A stretch of DNA of 64,000 nucleotides from Squalus acanthias (GCA_030390025.1 CM059432.1:104286001-104350000); one strand, 5' to 3'; counted from the first letter of the stretch, positions 48,950 through 63,040 are shown. Made by a program: numbers and translations. The notes: generated by a model from the sequence alone, not told the origin.

Positions 48950-49664
48950 TGCCCAGATTTTGAGGCTGGTGGCGAACTAACGGCGCTTGCCGTTCATTAC
49001 GTTTACAGCTGCCCACTGACTTTTAGTGGGCTTTTGTGTGGCAACTTGATGTAATTAGAGATCCATTTCAGTGCAGTGCCCTCTATAGGGGATCTGGAAC
49101 CTGTGTGAACAGGGCATGCAATAGTGTGTCTCTTCAACCAATAAGATTGAAGAATCCTTACTGAGGCACGCAGTGCCGAAACCAGGAAGTGTAAGTTAGA
49201 ATATTTAATTTAAATGTAAAATCATGTACAGAAAGCGAATTAGAGGGAAAGAAAGATGGGATTGAGAGAGAGAGTGAGATAAGAGACAAAGAAAAAGTTT
49301 AAAAAAAATTATTTTAATTTAAAAAAAATCTCCAATAATAATTAAAATCTGAAGGAATGAGAATCCACACTTCGAAAAGTAAATTTTCAGTGCCAGACAG
49401 GTTGCTTAATAGTAATTATGTTTTATAAATTCACTTGCACGGACAAGCCCTAACTTTTTCTGCTGTGTTTCCCGCCCTTTATGTATTTTAATGCTGAATC
49501 TTTCGGCGAGGTACCAGTGTAGCAAAGCTTGTGGTGGAGCAGGGCAAATTGGACAGCAACTTCCTGATTTCGATGTTTAACTGCGCATGTGTGGGCGCTG
49601 GAAGTTGCTGTCCGATTTACACTTTAATAACGGTGAGCACCGTTCTTACTGCATAATCTGGGCC
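48950..49664. mobile_element. Harbinger-type MITE (degraded)
   Basis: Termini gcccagatttt / ataatctgggcc; internal palindromes such as ggacagcaacttcc...ggaagttgctgtcc. Confidence 0.6.
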
Positions 49665-49811
49665 AATAACACACACCCAAACTAATAAGCGCAGGGATGC
49701 TGCACACTACTGAGTGAAGTGACTAACTTCTAAATGGCAGAGTTATTAAAGATGAAGTTGAACACAGAAATGTAGAAACTAGCAGTACATCAATAAACAC
49801 AGTTTTTAAAA

Positions 49812-50450
49812 AAAGCATAAGTGATCCTTGGCTTCATAAAGAGAGGCATGAGTACAAAAGCAAAGAAGTAATGCTAAACCTCCATAAATCTACTGGTTCG
49901 GACTTGGCTGGAGTATTGTGTTCAATTCTGGGCACCACATTTTAGGAAGGATAGCTTGGCCTTGGAGAGGATGCAGAGGTGATTTACTAGAATGGTATTG
50001 GGGTAAGGGACTTCAGTTATGAGGAGAGACTAGAGAAGCTAGGATTCTTCTCCTTTTACAGCAGAGATTTAATAGAGGTGTTCAAAACGATGATGGATTT
50101 TGATAGAGTAGATAGGGAGAGACCATTTCCACTGGCAGGAGGGTCTGTAACCAGTGGATACAGATTTAAGATAATTGGCAAAAGAACTGGGGTGGGGGCG
50201 GGAAATAAGGAGAATTTATTTTTACGCATAGTTATGATCTGGAATGCACTGTCTGAAAGAGTGGTGGAAGCAGATTTAATAGTAACTTTCAAAAGGAAAT
50301 TGGATATATATTTTGAAAAGGAAAAATTTGTAAGGCTATGGAGAAGGAGCAGGGAAGTGGGACTAATTGGATAGCTTTTTCAAAGAGCTGACACAGGCAC
50401 AATGGGCTGAATGGCCTCCTTCTGTGCTGTAAGAGTATGATTTTTATGAT
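49812..50450 (+). mobile_element. CR1 3' fragment
   Basis: LEYCVQFWAPHFRK-like sequence; ORF 50078-50374; CR1 tail. Confidence 0.85.
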
Positions 50451-52581
50451 TTAATTAACACATCTATGGTAACATGATTAATACAATCACAAGGTTAAAC
50501 ATTGAGGAATACATAAAGTACTTGGGATATTATTAACTGACCGTTTAATCAGCATTGGAGCAAATATAGTTCATCACTGTATCTCTGCTTTTGTGAGATT
50601 TTGCTGTATAATAGTAAAGCAGGTTCAATGACCAACATTAAAGGAAAGGTTATGCTTACAATTTGTAAGTAATGTATCACCTAGTCTGTTTCAAGCTTCA
50701 AATATTGGGGCTATTTGACCGTGATATAAGTAGAGACATGCAACCTTTTCATTCCTAGGGTCCGTTGTGGTAGCATTGGTGGTCCTGCCTTAATCTGAGA
50801 TGTGCCATGCTCCTCCGTTGTGATGCATTTTACAAGTTTACTTCTGATTAACTTACTTCACCTTCCACCTTTCACTCTTATCACTCTGTTGGGATTTAGA
50901 AGACCCACTTCCTAAGCTCTTTAAAACTTCCTTGTGGCGTTAGTTGTACTAGCTTTCCCTGGACAAATGTCTGCAAGCAGTGCCTCAAAGTATTAACCCC
51001 CTTGCGACTATAGTAATTAATGTTCATGGCACTACCTGCTGCAACATAGCTATTCACTTATTTAAGTAGCTGATCTGTGGACAGTTGAACAACCCCCCCC
51101 CCCACTGCTATACCCTTGAGTAGGGAACACTTGGGCATGGTACACAAAAACAAGATGTTTGATTACATGATTCACAAGTGGCACTCAAAGCCCAGTTTAA
51201 AAAAAAATCTAGATGAACGCTCATTCCAGATGCATCGTAATTCCACATAAGTACTATAATTCACCAATAAAACTGCCGCATGCAGTGTAAGTTGGTGTCA
51301 ACCATTCTTTAAATGTGTTATAAAAGAAACTTTTTTTGCCCCAAGTACATTAAATTGACCCTAAAAGTCATTATGCCCTATTCGGGTAACGGTTCTGTTA
51401 CTGTAAATATGTACAATGTACATTTTTGATCCTGCATTGCAGAGTTCAGTGGAAGGCTTGTTGAATGACCCCATCCAACAAGGGTCCCCATAGATGGTGA
51501 TGTTTACATGCTGTTGGTGCCAACTTTTGAGTCCGTGCTGTGAAGAAAACTCAGCATTATTCATTTCCAACATTGATGTGCAGGATATTTTGTCCATCCT
51601 CCACAAAACATACTCACAGGTATGATGTGAGTAAATAGCTAAAGTTTCTTATTAATCTAATCTGAGGAAGGTTCTGTTTCTGGACCGATTAGCCTTCAAG
51701 ACCGGTTATTTTTGGCTTTATTTCTATTAACATTTTGAAGCATTGGAGAAAAACTGGAAACATTGGTTAATAGTGGGGGGAAAAAAAGGCCCATTATTGC
51801 TTTCCTAATCTTGTTCTTACCAGTTTACTCTCTGTTGAACCTAGCATAGAGATGAGTGTACCCCTATTGCAGGCAATTTCCCAGCTTCCAACAGCGCTAA
51901 GTTTGTGTTTATTTTGTTACCCTATTACCATTATTATGTTAAACTGTTGCAGTGAATCCTATTTTCATACCAAAACATGCTGCAATGATTTCTAAAGGAG
52001 CAACTATCCTAACAACTAACATCATAGATGGATGGTACTGTTGGCTTTTAAAATAAAACATATTTGTTGTCATCCAGGCTGACTTCTTGTAGCTTAATAC
52101 AAACCGAGATCAAGTCTAGGATCTTCTAATCTGGGACCTTCTGATTTGCATGGCTCATCACACCAAGTTGTGTATTTACCCACTGAATTGTTGGGATTTT
52201 TTTGGAGAGAAAAATATTGTAAGCCCTACCTTGGATGGTTAAACATATTTATCCACTGACCAGCTGACTATCACTATACATCAAAACTGAAATATCGGGT
52301 ATTTTTCTATTTTATAAGAACCTCACTCATGCAGTTTTTTTTAAACTGACATATGCTGGTATGTACTAAATTCAGTTGTGTTGCTGCATCCTGCACCACT
52401 GACCTGAATGGCTTTGGTACTCAAGCTACCAACTGTCCCAAATTCCATGGGGTGACTCACATGAGATTGTGATCTTGTGTGTGCACTGCTAGTGTTTCAC
52501 AGTAATCGTCTTGTAGATCTTGCAGCCAAGTAGGTTGAGAAGAGAGAAAACAAGTGTTGTTTTTAATGAGAAAAAGATAAT

Positions 52582-53902
52582 GGCCTTAAATTTGCGGTCG
52601 GCATGATGGCGAACTGTCAGCATTCACCGTCATACCGCCTTTGAAACTGACCGCAGGTTTGGGATTTCCGCACATATGCTAAATCTCGAACTTGCGATCT
52701 GTCAAATTACGAATACACAGAAGCTTCGCTGCGTCTTTCATCTCCTGCTAGAAATCAACGGGCTGACAAAAAGTTGGGCTAATTGCCCACTTACTCCGAA
52801 GTAATAATGCTTTCAATTTTTAAGTCTTGTGCAAGCAGGTGCAGGAATCCCGTTGCACTGCGTAAGGGGACTGGAAGAAGGGTTTTTATTGAGAATGAAG
52901 TTCTAACACACCATTGAATATATTTTTGAAGGATCATTTATTTATTTAAACATTTCTTGAAGTATCAGAACTTTCAAAACCAATCCAAAAGTACAAATGC
53001 TGCACAATTGCAAAAGCTGATATTTTCATATATATATCGTTTGCAATTATACATAATATGCATGTAATTAAGCTATTTGCCAATATCCCTTCTAGGAATC
53101 TTGTGTGAATGTTGCCCATACATATAAGTGTTGGCATGCCAGACTTTAAAAGGCCAGTAATTTGTAGAGTTGCTGTGTCTAAAGTCCCAGATCAGGAATT
53201 ATGATAGGAAAGCAAGACTATGTAGATCAAATGAATGACATGGGTGCTGGTTTATTTCTACCATCAGTGTTGGCTGCTTGCTAAAGCTAAGCACAGATGA
53301 ACCTGTCTTAAATAGTTTTGAAGACCTTTTTTTATTCAATGTGAAAATTATTTTTAAACGGTCAATGCCCGTTACGCACATTCAGTTGGAGGGGAAAGAG
53401 AAAAATGTCGGGTAGTTTGAAACGGTATAATTTCGATAAAATTTTGGAGTTACGTTGAATTAAATAGAAACTGAAATCTATATAATCTGTATAAAGGAGA
53501 GACAAAGAAAGGTCCCCGGTATTCCAGTTGAGTTTACCCAGAATTTCATTTCGGGAGTATTGGATTGGCAATAATATGGAACTTGGATGCAAGTTTCAAT
53601 GAAGGTGGAAGCTGTAAGAAATGAGAGACTTGCTGCAAATGTGACCATTAAAGCTGGAGATATCTGAATGAATAGCTTATAGGCTAAGAATCAGGAAGTA
53701 AAAGAACCACCTCCCCAAATGATCCCAGGTTCACATACACACAACGGTGCACTCCTCGGCTCCGTGTGGGAGTACACTACGTGGAAATCTGCAGCTTTTT
53801 AAAGGAAGTTCTTGAAGGGGGGTTGCATGAGGTAGGTGCACATTTACTTGTGATGTCAGCGGCATACTCCTTAGCTTCGCTGCCGACCGCAAATTCAGGC
53901 CC
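52582..53902. mobile_element. 1.3-kb non-autonomous DNA transposon (Harbinger-like TIRs)
   Basis: 22-bp TIR ggccttaaatttgcggtcggca / tgccgaccgcaaattcaggccc; TSD not clear; no transposase ORF seen. Confidence 0.7.
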
Positions 53903-54109
53903 AGCGTAGAAAAGGAGTCAATTTTAATTCCACTTGCCTATCCCCTGCAGTTATATGACAGAAGCAGCTTGCTACTTTTCTATTTTCCATTCTTGTTTCT
54001 GTTCTGGTCAAGTTGGTGCCTCGGGTATATGACTTGCGATTGAAAATCTTATACCTCGAAGTAGTCCAATGTTCACAGCTCTGTTGGTTTTACAATTTTT
54101 TTTAAACCA

Positions 54110-54430
54110 TTTTTCCTCTCCTCCTCCAAGGTGTTGGTTGCAGCTGGGGCCCTATGTTACTTGCCCAAGTGGTCATTCTTTGTAAGTGTACCTAGATTGA
54201 GTATCTACAAGCTATTCAACCATAGAGCTCAGTCCAGTTTTCAACTGATGAGCACACAGACGAGGTCACTGAATAGTGATCAGGAGTGGGAACTCTAGCT
54301 TTTTTTCCCCCCTCTCAAGTTCATGAGGGTTTAAGATGAATGTAAAGTCTCTCCTACTACCCTATCAGAGAGCTAACAGCACAGACCAGGAATCAAATTG
54401 GGGGTTTCTAGTCTGTATGCCTCAGTTACA
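54110..54430 (-). mobile_element. AmnSINE2-like ancient SINE
   Basis: cccaagtggtcattctttgtaagtgtacctag...gatcaggagtgggaac...agctaacagcacagaccaggaatcaaa. Confidence 0.6.
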
Positions 54431-55123
54431 GTTACCTTATCAACTAAGTTATTGAGAACTAGTGTTAATATTTTTAAGGTTTCTTGCCATTATTTCTCCT
54501 CCGACTTTGACCTCTTGTTTGTCCATTCCCAGACCATGGCATTTTTCTGTCTGAGAGGCCACTATAATTGCCACTCTTGGTTGACTGCAAAGAGTTAAGA
54601 ATGGGTGAGAACAGACATAATGGATTCCACTTTCCTTGAAAAGATAATAGTATGTGCAATTGTTTTTTTTCCCCCCCAATCTAAACCAGACTGCAGAAAG
54701 ATTAACATTTGGGGGTGAAAAAGCACACTACTCCTATGCTGTCTAGCATTTTAATAACAGCCAGCTGTATGTTCAGGCCACATGGATGAGTTGAGGGAAT
54801 GGAATCACACTGCAAATGGGAAGTAGAAAATGAAAAATCAACAATATTGCATCATGTGCTAGGAAGAATCATCTTGTTTTCTATTCATATGTTCCATATG
54901 CAATTGCTTACTGTATTACTCTTGGAATGTAGATGCAATACTGTTTGTGTTGCAAAAATTAGTAATTTCAGTTGTGAAATGTAGTAGACTTTTTGTATTA
55001 TTCCTCAAATGATTTATACTTGGAGCACAATCTTTTTCCTCCCCCTGAAATAGAGAATCTGGTTAGTATTTCTCTTTCTCAAGTTGAATGACCACTGAAA
55101 ATTGTTTGTTTTGTTTCTCTCAG

Positions 55124-55382
55124 GAGCAGGATGCCTCCTGCTTTGAAGATAGCAGTGATGATGACGACCAAACACTGAAGATCTTTGATGAACTAAAACA
55201 TAAATATTCTCAGGCCAAGGCTAACAATAAAAGGTTGATTAAGGAACTTAAAAAAGTTACAACAAAACTTCAGTTTGCTGAAGAAAAGCAAAAAGAATAT
55301 GAACACATGGCATCTGAGCTACAAAGACTGAGGGACCTCAATATGGATCTTCAAAATGCACTGCTTTTGAAGTTATTTAGAT
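55124..55382 (+). CDS. BEND5: BEND5-like protein, coiled-coil exon (exon 3 of my model)
   Basis: Acceptor ttgtttctctcAG, donor GAT|GTAAGT; phase 0 in and 1 out; KEYEHMASELQRLRDLNMDLQNALLLKL resembles recalled BEND5 KEYGALVSEMKELRDLNRRLQDVLLLRL. Confidence 0.9.
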
Positions 55383-55944
55383 GTAAGTCTCGTCTTTCCA
55401 AAATTGGGTTCCGGCTCAAGCTAAAATAAAGTGAATCAGTATTAGGAATGGTAAACTTCTACTAAATGGATTTTGGTGTTGAATTGATTCACTTTCCACA
55501 TCCTTCTGTTTACTACTTCAAACCCTTGTAATAACCTAGCAGCAGGCTTATTAAAATTTATTATCTAACTGGATGGTTTAAATTTGGCTGTTTAATTGTC
55601 TGAATTTTTTTAACTCAACAGGCTGCTCTGCCAATTTAAGTATTATGTTTTTCAATTTTAAGCCTGGTATATTCTATAACACACACGAGGTGCTTAATTT
55701 ACGGGTTTGTAGTCCATCATTCAATTCCATTTTACATCAGGGGCTTTGTACTACAGTAGTATGGCTATAGGAGTGTTTTCTGTACAAAGTATACCATCCC
55801 TCTTTTTTTTAAATTAACACTTTTGGCTCTTAACCTTCCCCTTTCCAATCTGCTGTGGCAGTATAGTTTGTAGGGATAGTTTACCAGTATCCTGGAGTGG
55901 CTGCATTGATTTTAATGGGATCTAGTGCTTCAGACATTTCAAAC

Positions 55945-57430
55945 AGATGAAATCAAGGTGTGATCTGATTGAGCTGTTTAAAATAATGAAGGAAATTGAC
56001 AGAGTAAATGAGGCCATTTTCCCCTCTAATAGGGGAATCCAGAACAAGGGGAATAATCTTAGAATTTGAGTCAAGCCAGTTAAAAGCAAATCCATTAAGA
56101 TTCTCCTGCCCTGTCCTAAATCTCTAGCATTTCATACAATCATAGAAATTTATGGCATAGAAGTAGCCATTCGGCCCATCATGTCTGTGCCGGCCAAAAA
56201 AGAGCTATCCAGCCTAATCCCACTTTCCAGCTCTTGGTCCGTCGCCTTGTAGGTTACGGCACTTCAAGTGCATATCCAAGTACTTTATAAATGTGATGAG
56301 CATTTCTGCCTCTACCACCCTTTCAGGCAGTGAGTTCCAGACCCCTCTCTGGGTGTGAAAAATTCTCCTCAACTCTCCTCTAATCCTTCTACCAATTACT
56401 TTAAATCTATGCCCCCTGGTTATTGACCTCTGCTGAGGGAAATAGGTCCTTCCTATCCACTCTATCTAGGACCCTCATCATTTTATACACTTCAGTTAAA
56501 TCTCCCCTCAGCCTCCTCTGTTCCAAAGAAAACAAGCCCAGCCTATCCAATCTTTCCTCATAGTTAAAATTCTCCAGTCGTGGCAACATCCTCGTAAATC
56601 TCCTTTGTACCCTCTCTAGTGCAGTCACATGTTTTTTGTATGCAGTACTCTAGTTGTGGCTTAACTAGTGTTTTATACAGTTCAAGCATAATCTCCCTGC
56701 TCTTGTATTCTATTCCTCAGCTAATGAAGGAAAGTATCCCGTATACTTTCTTAACCACCTTATCTACCTGTCCTGCTATCTTCAGGGATTGGTGGGCATG
56801 CACTTCAGGGTCCCTCTGTTCCTCTACACTTCTCAATATCCTGCCATTTATTGTGTATTCCCCTGCCTTGTTAGCCCTCCCCAATTGCATTACCTCACAC
56901 TTCTCCGGATTGAATTCTTGTCTGCCCTCGTTCTCGATTCCCTCAGTCACTGGAAACAGTCTATTTCTATCTACTCTGTCCCATCCTTTCATTATTTGAA
57001 ACACATTGATCAAATTAACCCCTAATCTCCTCTGCTCAATTTTCAAGTCTTTTTTCATATTTGTATTTTCTCATGCCAGATAGCATCTTGGTGAATCTAC
57101 CTTGTACCCTCTCCATTGTTTCAACATTTTTTCTATAGTGTGGAGCTTAAAACTGCACAGTACTCCAGCTGTGGTCTTGCTATGGCTTTATTTAAAATCG
57201 CCATTATAGCTCAGCTTTTGTATTGCATACCTCTTGCCAGAAGCGAAATAGTCTATCAGCTTTTTTTAATGGCCTTGTCACATTTACTGACACTGAATTC
57301 CATTTGCCACTTTTTTGCGCATTCCACCATCTTATCGATATGGAGGAAAAAGTAGGGATTTTGGATTGAAAAGATAGTTGCCATGGCTAATCAAGCTCCA
57401 GTGAGCTAAATGGCCTGTTCTTGTTCCTAT
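55945..57430. mobile_element. Cluster of CR1 3' fragments (main piece 56136-56916 on the - strand)
   Basis: ORFs 56407-56628 (LERVQRRFTRM) and 56717-57058 (FNPEKCEVM). Confidence 0.8.
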
Positions 57431-59106
57431 GCTCCTGGACGGGGTGGCAATTCAAAGGGGACTGATACTGGGGAAAGTTGCTGCTGACTCAATATTGGTG
57501 CACTAACATGCAAATGCCACTCTACAGAATCATTTTAGTATAGGTTTGACTGGCTCAGACCATTTACCATGCCAATGATGCAGTAACAGGCCATTTCCAG
57601 CTACTGAGCTCGTGGTGATGGACTATTCTTTGTCACATATAAGTATGTATTGGCTGTTATGAGATGAATAGGGTACAAGTGTAAAGAGAAAATCTTTTTG
57701 ATGGTTATCCTTCAATTTATTTCTCTCTCTCTACTATCAGCCTAGAGAACAGGGGACCTGCATCTGGACCTTTGCCACTCTGTGCCAGCTCCCAGAAGTA
57801 CAAGTGGCCTATGGATGATCTTCCTCTAATTATTCCCTTCTGTTAGGAACCTCTTGGCCTCCAATTGGCACCTTTGCATAATGATTCGGCTGAGACTTGC
57901 AATGAAGTAGTGAGGAAAAGTGAAATTGTGTTCTGTTACTCCATGATTATACTGGAGCACCGCCCTGCTGGCCATAATATCAATGAAAATTTTACATGTT
58001 TATTGTGACTAAATATGAAATTTAAAATTGAACCCCCAGTTAATTTTAATCTACAAAACTTGATTCTTCCACTTCCAGGGGCTGGGGCGGTCATTTCTGA
58101 AGCTTTTGGCAGATAATATTGCCTTCAGAGTATGTTAGGGTGCAGATCTTCTATGTATGAAAGTTACATTCATTCACTAGAACATGCACTCGTGTATATA
58201 TTCAGGATTTGGTGCCAACTATGGTTTGCAAAGACATGTACAGCTGCTGCTGTAGCTCCACACCTTCAATTGGTAGAATCACCATTTGAAGGTGTCTGGT
58301 GTGTGTGCTTCCTGTGGTCAGGAGAATGATGGCAGTACACTTACAGATTTTTATAGTGAGTAAATGTTCTCCATATGGCCCATGAGCAGTTTCTGGTACC
58401 TGCTGGAAGCGTAGCTCGGACTCAAACTCGCACGTGTCTTGTACTGGTGATTATCCTCCAAGGAGGAAGATATGCAGAGTATCTTTTGGGGTTGAGATGG
58501 CTACAAAATGACATGCCTGGCAATGGGAGATTGGAACTCCTCAATCTTTGGCAGATGTGTAACCTGAGTCTGCAGTTATCTAGGACACTGTTGATGTTTA
58601 ACCTGCCAGCCTGACTCATTAACGAGACCTGGAGCAGTAGAGCTGATAATGTGCTTGGAGGCTGGGGTTATTCTTGTGCTTCATATCCTGGAAGCCACTA
58701 TCCTAATGGCTAAGGTGGTATTTTTCTGGACAAACAGAACTGTATTGTTGTAAGCAGTTTTAGCTGGTTAAATACCACTAGTATCCCTGCACATACTGGG
58801 GATTCCCCAAGTTCTGGATCTTGCTAATCTGTGTCTTATTTTTATTGGACTTGAGTAAGTTGGATATGTCCTTACCAGTAACTGGATGACACTCCATATC
58901 GGGCAGGGTAAACAAACTGGATTTCTCAGTAACTTGAAGACTCTTGAACATTGTAATGAGTTGCCACTCATGTCGGACCTCAGAGGAAGGATGAAATGTT
59001 TTGCCTCCCAGGGATATCCTCGGGCCAAGACTTAATGGCCACAACATTCTTTGGTACATATTTCCTTTTGAGTACAATATTCGGCTACCTTCCAGTGAGG
59101 AGTGCG

Positions 59107-59133
59107 CACACACACACACACACACACACACAC
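59107..59133. repeat. (CA)n microsatellite
   Basis: About 13 CA units. Confidence 0.95.
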
Positions 59134-60189
59134 GTTAGTAAAAATCACAAGGACGTAGAAGATGTAGCCACAAGGCCAGGATTTTTGCTTTTTAACTGCC
59201 TCCACCAATGGGTGCTGCTATGAAAATGTTCAGGCAAACCTGTGCCAACGCACCATGGTAGCTTCAAGATCAAATGATCATGGTGGGGTTTCTTCAGCAA
59301 AAACTTTGTTTTAACCAGTTACTAGCTGATTCACCGATGTTGATCCAGATGCAAAATAAAATATGGGAAATATCCTATGCAGGTTGAGGCCTTGTCCCAT
59401 TCAGAGAAGGAATCCAAGCAGCTGGATGCAAAGGGTAAGAAGCTGTACCCAAAAGATATTCTTGGGTGTTACAGTATTAAGCATTTATACTTAAGCAAGC
59501 TACCTAGACTGATTTTTTTCCCACTACAAATGCTACCATAGTTAGGAGTCACCTTTGTAAAATGACAGCTAACCTGTTATAAGTATACTGACGGCATAAG
59601 GAATTGCCTTGTGCAAGTATGTCTGGCTGAGGATATCTGATTTTCTGTCAGGACTTTGGGGGGGGGGGAAGGCTAATGACATTTATCTTTTCTGGGAGGG
59701 GCCTGTTTGGTGACTAAACTCTGGACAGTGGCTTCCAATTGTAGACATTTAAGAAATATTAACATAGCTTATGTTCCAAACTGCCTATGGCCCTTAAGAA
59801 TCTTAAGGTCATTTGGTCGTCTTATTCCATGCTTTATGTTCTTTTCTTCTCCTCCTCCTCCTCCCATTTAATTTGTATTTGTACTCATCATCTTGTCAGT
59901 TTTTAGATTTTTCTTTTTTTGCTCCCCCTAATAGATTGTTATTCAGTTGTCTTCTGCTCTTCCATTTCCAGACCTTAATAAAAAATGTTAATGTTATAAC
60001 CAAAGGGGACTGGCTGCTATTTTTATAGATCTAGTAGCTGATAGTACGACATAAATATAAATGGAGCTTAATAGTTGGCGTACAGTGGGTAATTCACAGA
60101 ATTTTAAAAATCATTTTGGAATCTGTAAAAGCATTAGTTCTTGAATTAGCTTTTGATTAACAATTTCAAATTGCTTTCAATATTTACAG

Positions 60190-60482
60190 TACCAGAACAG
60201 TACCATGGTTCGAATCCTGAAGAAGAGCTGATTGACAACACATCAACCCATCAACTAATTTCCAGTACTCCAGTAACTTCCATTCTGCAAGACCATTTGA
60301 ACATGCAACAAAGAGTTTATCCTTGCAAGAAAAGTCCACATGCTCTTCTTCCAATGCCAAGTACCTCTGATCATCTGGAGAGTCAGATCGAAAATGGAAA
60401 CAATATGGTACCATGTCCATGGGCTTCAACCCAAGCCCTTGCTATGGCTCAGCCTAATGTTTACTCTGTTCAGGATGGAAAG
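60190..60482 (+). CDS. BEND5: BEND5-like protein, linker exon (exon 4)
   Basis: Acceptor tatttacAG, donor AAG|GTAATA; phase 1 in and 0 out; open frame ending YSVQDGK (recalled BEND5 YILDNGK). Confidence 0.85.
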
Positions 60483-60577
60483 GTAATATTAGGTTTATGT
60501 ATTAGAAATACTTTCCATATTTTGTATATACCAGCTATAGTTACAAAGTAGGGATTCTAATTACCATTTGTTAATAG

Positions 60578-60788
60578 GTTCACATTGGAGCTAATATATG
60601 GATTGATGAGGACAAGTGGGAAACTGTGAAACGTCAGCCAAGTGATTCAAGATTTACAAAGTGCTTGGCTGTGGCTGTCTGGGGAGTGGATACCCTGAAG
60701 GATAGAAGTGTCACTGGAATTGCATGCAACTCAACAAAGTCATCGCCTAAACCACCTCTTTCTCCTTACAAAGTACAGATTATTAAAG
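60578..60788 (+). CDS. BEND5: BEND5-like protein, BEN-domain exon (exon 5); gene continues
   Basis: Follows a 95-nt intron; VHIGANIWIDEDKW...DSRFTKCLAVAVWGVDTLKDRSVTG...PKPPLSPYKVQIIK; donor AAG|GTAAGC, phase 1. Confidence 0.93.
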
Positions 60789-63040
60789 GTAAGCGTAGGA
60801 ACTTTCCACAGCAGAGTTGTTTGTCTTTTCCTTAAGTTTGTTTGTGTTTTTTTTTCTGTGGAATTTTCATCCCCACCCTGCCACTTACCGAGGAAGGTTC
60901 GAACTTTTTACAGACACTGAGTTTTGTGTTCATGAGTGACCGTTTTAGAATTCTGCTGCAAAAAAGCTAATCACCATTTTGCATTCATTTTAAAGTTTTG
61001 TTTTGTTCACTTTGCAAAGCATAGCATTTTTTTAAACCAAATAAATTCACGAAAATATTTTTTTTTAGTAAAGGAAAGCAGCATTCATAGGGAGTGGACA
61101 TCATCTGGTGACCGATGTTACTTGCAGAGTAATCACTGTTGTAAATATGAGTTTAACAATGTCACCAACTAGTAACCATCTAATGGAGTACTTATGACCA
61201 TTGAAAATTAATATTTTTTCATTTTGGTCAGTTTAGTTCAACATAAGACCAGATAGAAATTGTGTGTCTCTGCATGTTCCTGCTACTCCTATTTTATCAA
61301 ACAGTTCTTCTACAGAATCAAAAGTTTTAAAATTTTATAGAAGGAATTTTAAAAAGTGTCACTTGTATGTTAAGACTGGTTTGTTGATGAATTTTGTCGT
61401 GGAATATAAAAATATATGTACGTCTAATATCCTTACTGGGAAGAATAAAACTCAAGTCACCAGTGGATTCCATATACTGCATTTTCCCTTAATATAATCA
61501 TGTTGCGAGAAAGGGACCATACTGAAATTGAGACTTCTAAATTGCTTTGAGCTGTTTTCTATTTTTTCTTAATTTCCCATCTTCAAAACATTCCAGTCAA
61601 AATTACAATTTTCTTTCATTACTGCAGTGAGCATGCCTAATTGGAGTTTTTAAAATTCTCTCTGGCTAATTTCTGTACCAACAATCTAAATGCAGTGTTC
61701 ATTCATTTTAATAATTGCAACAAAAGATGAGTTGTGCAGAATACTGGGTTTCAAGTGGGCTTTTCCCCCCGTGCCTAGCGTGGAGCTATTTTGCTTCTGT
61801 ATAACCTTCAGATTTGAAACGCTTCTTACCTCTTAAAATAATTTAAATCATTGATATGTTGAACATTGATGTTTACTCTCATGACACATTTTTAATATAA
61901 AGGAGCAGTTTAAACCAAAATGCCCACCTCACTCAAAAAAGACCTGCCATATAAATTCAACAGTAATCTAAGAACAACTTGTGAAAAAACAATAACACAT
62001 CCTTAAGCACACTACTATCCCACTTCAGCTATAAGACCAATTTATAAAAAACCCTATACCATGTTCTCATAAATAGTCTGGCAGCTAGCAATCATCAGGA
62101 AGAGACAAACATCTTAAACCCAGAGATTCTATGTTAAATCAGCTTGGCCTTCCATGAAGGAGCTTGTTGGAGCCTCCCTTGTGCAGAAATCTGGGATGGC
62201 TCAGTGCAATCATGGTGTGTGCTGCAGATGACACTTCTTACAGGCAGGGACCCTAGAAGCAGATGTAGCTCAAGATGAGAAGGAAGAAAGTCTTTCTCAA
62301 CTAAGAATTATCTCATGAAGTCTGGTTAGCAGAATTGTAATTCTGCATACAGGTAATCAAAACAGAACTTTTTTTAGGACAAAGATTTGAATAGTATAGT
62401 CCCTTTTCACATATGTCTTTTGGTGTCAAATGCTGCTGACAGTAACTCGGGGGGAAAAAAATCTGCATTTACCTTGCAAGGGGAGCTGTGATTTTTGAAG
62501 TAGCTTTTGTCATAATCTCTTTTTAGTAGCAGGCAAGTCTTGGTATGATTACCCAAGGATAATTTAGTTTCACTGCATGTGGTCAGAAGGTTCTCAAATC
62601 AAAAGAGATCATAGTACCTCAGCAATCCCCAAATCCCCAAATAATGCCATCAATATAACAAGCCTTGTTATCCAGATTGTTTATTTTAGTAGTGAGCATT
62701 TGTCCTTTTGTAGCAGTTAGCATTTTCTGCAAAGGTACGTCGTCATACAGGGTTTGGGAAGTTTCTTATCTATTATTTTGACTTCTCCACCATCCTGCTC
62801 TGGATCCAGATCTAACTTCTGCATGTTTGAGATCATGTTAAGACCAATCAGAAAAATGAAAACACAGTAGTTTGAAGTAGTCAAGTCATTAGAGCAACCA
62901 AGTTCAACTATAACAAAACAAACTGGCAAGGTCAGGGTAAGTTGTAGAACATACCAAGAAAATATTTTAACTGCCCACAAAAGTCAAAAACAGTAGAATG
63001 CCACTAATCCAAAGACTCCTGAACCAGTACCAGGTTTTTA

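Noticed and set aside
58080..59100. Possible very old LINE RT remnant on the - strand
   Set aside because: Only vague similarity (DISNLLKSNKNK); no diagnostic RT motif could be read.
61069..62318. Candidate last BEND5-like exons (VKESSIHREW... at ~61069; GTLEADVAQDEKEESLSQLRIIS* at 62248-62318)
   Set aside because: Phase-compatible, but neither contains the expected final BEN helix and the second has a weak acceptor; the true last exon is probably beyond 64000.
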